From positions 1 through 58,039 of the IMG/VR virus record IMGVR_UViG_3300037246_001186: 58,039 nt of DNA, one strand, 5' to 3'. Shown one piece after another: positions 38,822-45,998 of this stretch; positions within the stretch are counted from its first letter, which is position 1, and each line of letters begins with the position of its first letter. Below the pieces are notes generated by a model. That model saw only the letters and a program-made list of their open reading frames with translations, was not told where the DNA came from and did not search any database. The DNA is from a virus. Its lineage: Duplodnaviria > Caudoviricetes. Made by a program: the position numbers and the translations under genes.

Positions 38822-39267
38822 CTCTTGGCTCGGAACAATCCATAAACCTCTCGGAAGCGTCTCCAGCGGCTCAGAGGCTTCTCGCCCTCATCCCACTCGC
38901 GGTAGGAACTAGCACCCCAGATACGAACTCGGCCCCAGTACATCCAGGCCAGTTGATTCTGTCGTATCCTTCCGGCGCCCTGCAACCGCAGCTGCGTCAT
39001 CATATTCTCTCGGAAGTTATTATCGGCCAGCCACCGCGCCTGCCAGGTGCCACCCAAACAACCAGTACGATACGCCCAGTCGTGAATCACGCACGCGGGC
39101 CAGAGCTTGTACACCTTCCAAGGTGCGACGATGTACGCGTCTGGGCTGTTGCTGCAACCATCACACTCCCACATCCTCGGGGGCTTCGGTCCAACCAGCG
39201 CCTCCCAGTAGGTAGAGCTAACAGCGAGCCGCTCGCCCCCTACAACAAACTCATACGATCTACTCAC
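38818..39267 (-). CDS. Phospholipase A2-like protein (CxxHDxxY)
   Basis: CDGCS, PACVIHDWAY, ADNNF. Confidence 0.65.
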   Translation of the reverse strand: MSRSYEFVVGGERLAVSSTYWEALVGPKPPRMWECDGCSNSPDAYIVAPWKVYKLWPACVIHDWAYRTGCLGGTWQARWLADNNFRENMMTQLRLQGAGRIRQNQLAWMYWGRVRIWGASSYREWDEGEKPLSRWRRFREVYGLFRAKR

Positions 39268-39946
39268 TGACAGTCACCACGGCCTTCAACCTTGACTGAG
39301 CTGTACCACCCTTCACGGTTACCGCCCTTGCTCTGAACGCATGAAACACAGCAAGCGTAGCACTCTGACCAGGCCCTGTACCGATCGTAACGGTGTTGTG
39401 TCCAACAGTCACATCGGTTGCAGCTGCCTCAGCGGGAAAGCCTCCCAGCGTGTGCGTGCCTACGCCAGCATCAGTGAGTTCGATGCGACCAGCAGCCTCC
39501 TCTCCAGCTAACGCCTTCTCAGCACTCAGGCGTGAGGAGTGTAAGCTCACGGTGTTCTCGTCCACAACACAGATCCAATACAATGTAGCCACTGCCAAGG
39601 GGCTCGGCAGCGTATCAGTCGTCGTCAGAGTGACCGGACCATTCACATGGTCGTCGTCATACCCATGACTAGCTGAACTCAGGTTGACACCAGCCCTTGT
39701 AACTACTCTAGGTAGCTGGTCTCCAGTTCTAACCTGAAATGACCCATTCTCAACGAGGAGACCAACAAACTGAGTCGCATCGTCCTTATGAAGCACCGTA
39801 GCGGTTACTCCCACAACAGCAAGCACCTTATCAGGGAGGAAAGCTGGAATACTTCCCTCTCGGATATCAAGGGACAACTCACCCATTGCGTTGGGTGTAC
39901 CTATCAACTTCAGATAATCGTGTCGTGTTCTAAGGGTGTCACTCAT
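39260..39946 (-). CDS. Probable virion decoration/structural protein
   Basis: 'TLPSPL...LYWI...NTVSL...IELTDAGVGTHTL' module seen in phage structural proteins. Confidence 0.55.
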   Translation of the reverse strand: MSDTLRTRHDYLKLIGTPNAMGELSLDIREGSIPAFLPDKVLAVVGVTATVLHKDDATQFVGLLVENGSFQVRTGDQLPRVVTRAGVNLSSASHGYDDDHVNGPVTLTTTDTLPSPLAVATLYWICVVDENTVSLHSSRLSAEKALAGEEAAGRIELTDAGVGTHTLGGFPAEAAATDVTVGHNTVTIGTGPGQSATLAVFHAFRARAVTVKGGTAQSRLKAVVTVSE

Positions 39947-40305
39947 GGCAGCTTGTTTACTTCACCCTGCCCAAGCTCCTCGAAAGTTAGTCGCCTGGTC
40001 TCAGTAGTTTGGCCCTCACCACCTTCGAGCACACCTAATGCTTCAGTAGCGCTCGCATGGTTCTCGGGCCAGTCTTGGGCGCTATTCCTCACCCGCCACG
40101 CAAGATCGGGATCGGCATCCAGAACCTCGTTCGGGATCTCCCTCGCCTCCGCAGCAGTGATGTAGCTCTTGTCGTACTTCTGGCGAGCCAGCTCTACATC
40201 GCGCAACCGCGCCATCTTCGCAGACGACGCGGGGGTGTAGTCCTGCCCCATCTCGGCAGTACTCAGATTCTTCGAGGGCGGCCCCTGATCGATCTTAGGT
40301 GCCAA
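39943..40305 (-). CDS. Hypothetical protein
   Basis: Coupled ORF in the late operon. Confidence 0.55.
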   Translation of the reverse strand: MAPKIDQGPPSKNLSTAEMGQDYTPASSAKMARLRDVELARQKYDKSYITAAEAREIPNEVLDADPDLAWRVRNSAQDWPENHASATEALGVLEGGEGQTTETRRLTFEELGQGEVNKLP

Positions 40306-40669
40306 ACTGGATCTCACCACTGACAGCGAGGGATGCTCGTGCCGCGGTCAGTCGGGCCGGATTCTCGGCGCCAGTAAGGCTGATGTCCGCATAGCGGAAT
40401 GCCATCTCACGCTGAAGCTGCATGACGCCAGAGAGCACGGCGCCAGAGACACACTGCATCCCTGAGGCGACACCACTCACAGCGAGCACGCCACTCATCG
40501 ACAGGATGTTCACCGCGCGCTGAAGGAACGCGGGATACGTCTCATTCGAGAATGCACTGGTCGCCTGGCCATCGGCTTCGAGGCCGGTGACGGTCGCCAA
40601 AACCAGAGTCTCCGATGAGAGTCGGTTGGTGGAAAAGTCGTATACGGGAACTGTTCCTGAAAGTGCCAT
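40295..40669 (-). CDS. Ser-Gly-rich protein, probably virion-associated
   Basis: AGGAG SD; 7 SG dipeptides in 124 aa. Confidence 0.65.
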   Translation of the reverse strand: MALSGTVPVYDFSTNRLSSETLVLATVTGLEADGQATSAFSNETYPAFLQRAVNILSMSGVLAVSGVASGMQCVSGAVLSGVMQLQREMAFRYADISLTGAENPARLTAARASLAVSGEIQFGT

Positions 40670-40677
40670 TGGTACTC

Positions 40678-40872
40678 CTACTTGAAAAATGCTGCTATTG
40701 CAATCAAGACAGCTGCCACGCCAGGCACCGCGCCCCACGCCCTTGCTCGTCCTTGAATCCTTGCTATGTCCACCTGCAACCCAGCGACTCGCGCATCCAA
40801 AGCGTCGAAGCGCTTTAGAACGTATGTCTGATAGTCGTTGAGGTTGCCTGGTCGGTTGTCACTCGCACTCAC
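40678..40872 (-). CDS. Coiled-coil plus C-terminal TM protein (holin or lysis-accessory-like)
   Basis: Heptad repeats followed by GAVPGVAAVLIAIAAFF. Confidence 0.55.
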   Translation of the reverse strand: MSASDNRPGNLNDYQTYVLKRFDALDARVAGLQVDIARIQGRARAWGAVPGVAAVLIAIAAFFK

Positions 40873-41062
40873 ACTCTATTTCCTCTACGTCGGATGGCTC
40901 TGGTTCAGCGTCATCAGCTAGCGCAGCGGCAATGCGGCCACGAGTCCTTGAGAGTCGAGCCGCGGCTGGATCCTCATACTGCTGTACACCAGCGCGATCT
41001 ACGCGCTCTGATAGCGGTTCCTGATGCGCTGCTTGCGCTTGCGCTTGGCCGCGTCGCCTCAT
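40859..41062 (-). CDS. Hypothetical protein
   Basis: ATG coupled to the upstream TGA. Confidence 0.45.
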   Translation of the reverse strand: MRRRGQAQAQAAHQEPLSERVDRAGVQQYEDPAAARLSRTRGRIAAALADDAEPEPSDVEEIECECE

Positions 41063-41148
41063 TGCAAGAATGCTACAAGGCAGAGAGCATAGGCACAAAG
41101 AGCAAGCGCACAGGCCACGAACTCGCACACTGCGGGGTGAATGCGCAT
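41059..41148 (-). CDS. 29-aa hydrophobic peptide (not in the ORF track)
   Basis: MRIHPAVCEFVACALALCAYALCLVAFLQ fills the gap and is coupled to the next ATG. Confidence 0.35.
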   Translation of the reverse strand: MRIHPAVCEFVACALALCAYALCLVAFLQ

Positions 41149-41152
41149 TGGC

Positions 41153-41419
41153 TTAGCGCGCGTTGCCGTGCGTGCCGGAAACGTGGGTGTCCATGGGGAC
41201 ACTCTCTTCGCCACCACCATCGCCAGGTGTGCCCTTGCCGGAGCCGGTCACGGGGCTTGGCCCGCCAACGTGGGTGTCCATGGGGATAGACTCCATGCCG
41301 CCGACGGCGCCAGTGGTCTCACCCTTACCGGAGCCGGTCGAGATGACAGCGCTGTTGTGGGTGTCGCTAGGGATGCTCTGAGGGCCTCCGCCCGGAGCTG
41401 CTACTTCAAACTGGCCCAT
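41153..41419 (-). CDS. Gly/Ser/Thr-rich protein with three internal repeats
   Basis: GAGGAG SD; S[IV]P[SM]DTH x3 and TGSGKG x2. Confidence 0.7.
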   Translation of the reverse strand: MGQFEVAAPGGGPQSIPSDTHNSAVISTGSGKGETTGAVGGMESIPMDTHVGGPSPVTGSGKGTPGDGGGEESVPMDTHVSGTHGNAR

Positions 41420-41545
41420 GTAAAGGTCTCCTCAATAGATGAAATAAGAAGCCACTGCCAGCCTCGCCAAAGGCCAAGATAAACAAAAGCTCAAGGATGC
41501 ACGCATCCAAGAGGAGTCAAATGGGCGATAGGCAGTGCTCCTATG

Positions 41546-41563
41546 CACCCATTACATTAACGA
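41546..41563 (-). promoter_or_regulatory. Putative late promoter element, copy 2
   Basis: TCGTTAATGTAATGGGTG upstream of the first late gene. Confidence 0.5.
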
Positions 41564-41626
41564 TCACGAAGGAGGAAACGCAGGCTCGGTGAGGGAAAGT
41601 GATGCGCATATATGGGATTCGAGGGG

Positions 41627-41720
41627 TGCAGCCTCATGTTGCAGGGGATGCAGCCTCATGTTGCAGGGGATGCAGCCTCATGTTGCAGGGGGTGCAACAT
41701 TATGTTGCAGGGTGCAACAT
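41627..41720. repeat. 22-bp tandem repeat of TGCA-N9-TGCA palindromes
   Basis: TGCAGCCTCATGTTGCAGGGG(A/G) x3, then TGCAACATTATGTTGCAGGG and a partial copy. Confidence 0.9.
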
Positions 41721-42211
41721 TCTTGGTCACCATTCGTGAGCCGTTGTTGCATCTATCTGCGGTGCATGGGACGGCACCCCCGCGGGGTGACGTTTTTAGG
41801 GGATGGCCCCCCGCGGGGACTGCGCATGAGTTGCACATTGCCTGCCGGTCTATGAGAGAGTCTACGATGATAGTTGCGCACTCCCTGCCTCCCCCTGAGG
41901 GGCAAGCCTGCTGCTGGGGCGGCAGGCTCTAAGTGCACGAGCGCACGCTATAGCCCTCGATGGCTGTGCGCCAATACTCTCAGTATTGGCGCATGGGTAG
42001 GGATAACGCGGGGTTACACTGGGGGTCTGCCTACGTTGCCCAGCAGCGGTCTCGAATCGACCCCGCACGCACAGCCCCCTACCCTGGGGGAGGGTACCGA
42101 AAACCGGGGGATATCCCAATTTGCCTATAAGCTGCGCACGAATGATACGGTACGGGAACGCGCAGATCATGCGCAGCTAGTGTGCATAGCGTGAGAGAGT
42201 ATGCGAACCCC

Positions 42212-42313
42212 ACTGGTGGGCCTGCTACTGGTGGGCCTGCTACTGGTGGGCCTGCTACTGGTGGGCCTGCTACTGGTGGGCCTGCTACTGGTGGGCCTGC
42301 TACTGGTGGGCCT
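42212..42313. repeat. 15-bp perfect tandem repeat (ACTGGTGGGCCTGCT) x6.8
   Basis: Units start at 42212, 42227, 42242, 42257, 42272, 42287, with a partial unit at 42302. Confidence 0.95.
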
Positions 42314-42359
42314 ATAAAGAAAGAAGGGCAGGACACCCTACCGTAGGGGGTCCTGCCCT
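42314..42359 (-). terminator. Intrinsic terminator after the Cys-rich gene
   Basis: AGGGCAGGAC...GTCCTGCCCT long stem followed by TCTTTCTTTAT on the minus strand. Confidence 0.75.
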
Positions 42360-42402
42360 AGATCGGCGCACAGGGGCTAATTATGCGCCTATCAATGCCA
42401 CT

Positions 42403-43770
42403 CTACCACCAGTGTGCCGCCGATAGCCTCTTGAGGCGAGTCTTTCTCAGAAGAAATCGGGGGACAGCCTGCCATATCGGCCTATATATCCCTGCCACTT
42501 TGAAAACGAAAAAAGCCTGCTGCTTGCTCTCTTCTTCAGCGATCTCTTCTCTTTTTTCATCGGCACAATAAGTGCAGTAATCCAACCCTTCCACCTGCTC
42601 CGCTTGCTTTTTATCATGCCGCTCTATGCAAGTATCGCACTCAATACTATCACCCTCTGTGCAATCCTCACACCAGTACACGTCGCCAAATTGCGTTTTT
42701 ACTTCGGTGAAAGAATCCTTACCCCAGTCGCCGCAAGCTTCGCAGCAGCTGTATTCTTCGAGGCAGGATTCACATACTGAATGATTGTCACCTATGTCGG
42801 TTACTTCTCTGTCGGAAGAATACTCGCCGCACTCATGACAGCAAGTATAGTGCACCCTAAGACAATCATCACAAACGTAGTGACAGTCATCTATAACCGT
42901 CATAACATCATTAGGGCAAGTCTCTTCACAGTCCTCACAGCAGAATGTATAATCATCCAGACAGTCCTGACACCAGCTAGCACAGCCGAAGCAACCACCC
43001 TCGTTCTCAGGGTCATAACCCTCCCCGCACTTCTCGCAGCAGCAGCAGCCTCCTATGCTTCCCGTTTCGGTTTTCATGCTCATATCGCCACATCGACGGA
43101 GAACTAGATACTCGTTATCAAGTACGCAAGCGCCCTCGCACCCATCCCAATAGGGGGAAACAAAGCCCCCACCGTCCGCCGCTATGTTAAGTATCCTCGC
43201 CCCGTCAAAGGCTCCAGTATCCCCACAGCTATATCCCTCCCGCTCAAGGGCACCCTCTAGCCTGCCCGCATCTCCGAATATTCTAACCCAAATCTTCTTC
43301 TCGGGCCAAACTACTGAGCGGGCTGTGACTTCGCCAAAGTCTTTCTCAAGATAGGCGATAGCGAGATCACCAGCGCCATACACGCTAACTTGCTCGGCGC
43401 CTTTCATGCAGCTACTAGGCCCATCGGCATAGACCCTAACGATATCTTCAGGGGTGGTCGCAAGCTTGAAGCCCAGGTTTTCACAGTATTTAGCGAAAAC
43501 CGCAGCGTAGCGTTGAACCTCGGTATCTGGTAAAGCCGGAAAATTACTCTTGAGATACTTACCGGGACGCATACGCGTCTGTCTATCCTGCTCGCCCATC
43601 GAGTCATCCGACGTGAAGGCTATCTTCGAATCATCCGCCGTTGAAACGTGCGCGTAATGATTAAGAAAAGCCTCACTGAAAATCCACCAGTCTTCATCGC
43701 GCCAAGGTAGGTGGGTGTATTCCCCCGTATCAAAAAGAGCCTGCTCGCGTTTTCGCCACTCACTCCGCAT
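42403..43770 (-). CDS. Large protein with tandem zinc-ribbon (CxxC) repeats
   Basis: N-terminal domain with YADGPSSCM; ten CxxC motifs in the C-terminal half. Confidence 0.8.
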   Translation of the reverse strand: MRSEWRKREQALFDTGEYTHLPWRDEDWWIFSEAFLNHYAHVSTADDSKIAFTSDDSMGEQDRQTRMRPGKYLKSNFPALPDTEVQRYAAVFAKYCENLGFKLATTPEDIVRVYADGPSSCMKGAEQVSVYGAGDLAIAYLEKDFGEVTARSVVWPEKKIWVRIFGDAGRLEGALEREGYSCGDTGAFDGARILNIAADGGGFVSPYWDGCEGACVLDNEYLVLRRCGDMSMKTETGSIGGCCCCEKCGEGYDPENEGGCFGCASWCQDCLDDYTFCCEDCEETCPNDVMTVIDDCHYVCDDCLRVHYTCCHECGEYSSDREVTDIGDNHSVCESCLEEYSCCEACGDWGKDSFTEVKTQFGDVYWCEDCTEGDSIECDTCIERHDKKQAEQVEGLDYCTYCADEKREEIAEEESKQQAFFVFKVAGIYRPIWQAVPRFLLRKTRLKRLSAAHWW

Positions 43771-43806
43771 CGGATAGCCCCCGAGTTACTTGACGTTATG
43801 CCAGCC

Positions 43807-43833
43807 TATCGGCCAAACAGCCGCCAAGCTTTA
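43807..43833 (-). promoter_or_regulatory. Sigma28-like promoter
   Basis: TAAA-N16-GCCGATA, ~37 nt upstream of ATG 43770. Confidence 0.5.
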
Positions 43834-43991
43834 GCTTGCACATTAGTTGCGCATTGGTGTGTAAGCGAATAGCGCGCCGCTATGGCACGCTACCCTTGAT
43901 ACCTAGGCTTAGAACCAGTCTACTATAAAGATCAACCCCCACATACCTAGAAGAAGAAGAAAGTACTGATGAAAAGCGGGAAAACACTCCC

Positions 43992-44034
43992 GCTGCTGCT
44001 GCTGCTGCTGCTGCTGCTTTTGAGCAAAAGCAGC
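43992..44034. repeat. (GCT)9 microsatellite ending in a hairpin
   Basis: GCT x9 at 43992-44018; GCTGCTTTTG-AG-CAAAAGCAGC stem. Confidence 0.85.
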
Positions 44035-44242
44035 GTCATCATATGCCAACTCACCGGTTTTTCGAGTCATATCGTACTATCCCCATATCACAATAGCAAC
44101 ATAAAGAATAACATATACAAGAACAACCTTCACCGCTAGAGAATCGCTCCATAGCTTGCGATCCCGCCGTGCGCCATAATATCTCACAGTAGCCCCCTAT
44201 CCCTGTTATCCTCCCATGCGGCTGAAGTTAAATAGATATAGT

Positions 44243-44338
44243 CTATATCTTTTCAATCAGCAGTGTCCAGACCCACAATGGCGCCAAGGCGCAAATTGCG
44301 AACGCCGTGACTGCGACCACGAAGTTTTTTGCCGTCAT
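44243..44338 (-). CDS. 31-aa hydrophobic peptide
   Basis: MTAKNFVVAVTAFAICALAPLWVWTLLIEKI; GGGGAG SD; directly downstream of a sigma28-like promoter. Confidence 0.5.
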   Translation of the reverse strand: MTAKNFVVAVTAFAICALAPLWVWTLLIEKI

Positions 44339-44365
44339 CTCGTTCTCCCCTTTGTTATAGTAGGC

Positions 44366-44392
44366 TTATCGGTCGAACAAACTAAGACTTTA
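44366..44392 (-). promoter_or_regulatory. Sigma28-like promoter
   Basis: TAAA-N15-ACCGATAA. Confidence 0.55.
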
Positions 44393-44415
44393 GATAAAAC
44401 AGTCCTCCTATTAAA

Positions 44416-44577
44416 TCACTTCGCTTCATTCTTGGGGGAGCACTCAAAGCAGTTTCTAAATGCCCCTATCCTTAGGTCACCCCCCATCCCTGAATGCCGA
44501 TGGCCACAGCTGAGAATAATAGTTACCCAGTAACCATCATTTCGCAGGGCTACAATAGTCCGCCTAACAAAGGTCAT
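44416..44577 (-). CDS. Small zinc-finger protein
   Basis: GGAGG SD; LSCGH...CFEC. Confidence 0.6.
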   Translation of the reverse strand: MTFVRRTIVALRNDGYWVTIILSCGHRHSGMGGDLRIGAFRNCFECSPKNEAK

Positions 44578-44603
44578 CAAAAAAACCTCCAGTCTATAGG
44601 GGC

Positions 44604-44629
44604 TTATCGGCCAAACAAACGGGGCTTGA
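44604..44629 (-). promoter_or_regulatory. Sigma28-like promoter
   Basis: TCAA-N14-GCCGATAA upstream of ATG 44577. Confidence 0.5.
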
Positions 44630-44682
44630 GAGATATCGGTGAAAAAAGCGAAAATAGCTTGAGTACGCAACTAATGCGCAAC

Positions 44683-44710
44683 TCAAGCTGTGCGATTGTT
44701 TGGCCGATAT
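44683..44710 (+). promoter_or_regulatory. Sigma28-like promoter (divergent)
   Basis: TCAA-N16-GCCGATAT. Confidence 0.4.
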
Positions 44711-45199
44711 AGCGAGAGCGATAGGAGTCTATCGAGGGGGCTAATAGAAGGTTCCAGTATTACTGAAAAATAACATACAATTCTTTCCCCGGGGGAACAT
44801 GCCCTGGGGTTACGCTTGACATTTTTTCAAGGGGGTGATCTCGGTCGCTCCCCATGGGGAAGGAAACGAAAAACGAGGGTACTTCCGGAACGCGCAAGTA
44901 ACCGGCAGTCTCAGTAACGCGCAGCGGATGTGCAACTCTGGCTGCAAGTACTGTGCAACTTCAGCGACACAAGGTAGGGTCACTCTCCAGTCTGAAAGTC
45001 TGAAAAAAGCCCGAGCGTTTTCTAAAACGACCAAAAAGTGGCTTTTTTTCATGAAAAGCTGATTCAAGAAAATCGGAAAATTTCGGCGAGATCAACATAC
45101 TTACGCATGTTAGCGGAAAAATGAATCGAAAACAACTCTCCAGTGTAGTACTGGATAGCATGCTAGAATAATCCTAGCCGATATAGTCAATGCAATCTG

Positions 45200-45592
45200 T
45201 TAAATGATAGCATAGCTCGTCAACTGATCTTCTGGCCACCAGTCCACCAAGGTATCAATAGTCGCCCACTCATGCTCTATCCAACGATCCTCACCTACAA
45301 TAAGCAGACGTGATTGACCACCATGTTTGATGACTTGATCCAGAAAGAACTGCTGCGCCCTGGTACAGGATGACCGGGGGGTACCCTTTTTTGAATGCTT
45401 TATCGCAGAATACGTCTTAGCCTCGATGAATAAGAGTCCCTCACCCCAGCGCCCCACCAGCCAATCGGGCACACCACTGAGTGTTGAAGCAGGCAGCTTC
45501 TGGTACCATTGCCTCTTGGCGATACCAATGGCTGCCCACTTGTCTCCACGCTCTCGCTCGGGGCCGCTAGCCACTCCTGTGCGGCGTCCCAA
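45200..45592 (-). CDS. VRR-NUC / Holliday-junction resolvase-like nuclease
   Basis: GVPDWL...LFIEAK...TRAQQFFL. Confidence 0.8.
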   Translation of the reverse strand: MGRRTGVASGPERERGDKWAAIGIAKRQWYQKLPASTLSGVPDWLVGRWGEGLLFIEAKTYSAIKHSKKGTPRSSCTRAQQFFLDQVIKHGGQSRLLIVGEDRWIEHEWATIDTLVDWWPEDQLTSYAII

Positions 45593-45998
45593 CTACGCGC
45601 AGAATGGCACTCTGATCATCGTCCATCCAGAGCATGAATGACTCATAGGCTGCTCGACTCGAACCGACACCAAGATGCTTTCCGATCAACCCAGCATACA
45701 TACCAATACCAATACATCCTATGACATTGTGCGACCAGTTGGCACGGTGTAGCAGAATATAGGTACGATCCGGTACGTCGATAACCTGGTAGGCATCGTA
45801 GCCCCCTCGATTATACTCTCTAAGACTGAGATAGTACACGCCGACAGGGATACAAGATACGCCTACAGCGTTGTTCAACCAAGGTCGCTCTACTGTATAA
45901 AGCGTCGGCCCAGCGCAGCCACGCGAATCCTCAGTGCTCATCCTCCCTAGTGTGGTCACACCATCGTCAATGAAACGGTCTAGCGTTAAAAACCTCAT
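45567..45998 (-). CDS. DUF5675-like protein (candidate endolysin)
   Basis: TLGRM, YTVERPW, SCIPVGVY, VPDRTYILLHRAN, GCIGIG, SRAA. Confidence 0.75.
   Translation of the reverse strand: MRFLTLDRFIDDGVTTLGRMSTEDSRGCAGPTLYTVERPWLNNAVGVSCIPVGVYYLSLREYNRGGYDAYQVIDVPDRTYILLHRANWSHNVIGCIGIGMYAGLIGKHLGVGSSRAAYESFMLWMDDDQSAILRVVGTPHRSG

Noticed and set aside
41627-42313. Tandem repeats as CRISPR arrays
   Set aside because: Units are contiguous with no unique spacers, and no cas genes are present.
42212-42313. Chi sites in the repeat (ACTGGTGG)
   Set aside because: One mismatch from E. coli Chi GCTGGTGG, and the host is unknown.
42079-42336. ORF encoding (GPPVA)n
   Set aside because: It is a by-product of the 15-bp repeat; it starts inside a terminator stem and has no SD.
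44835-45062. Plus-strand ORF sharing ESLKKAR with the integrase
   Set aside because: The match is explained by the 22-bp DNA repeat; there is no other coding evidence.
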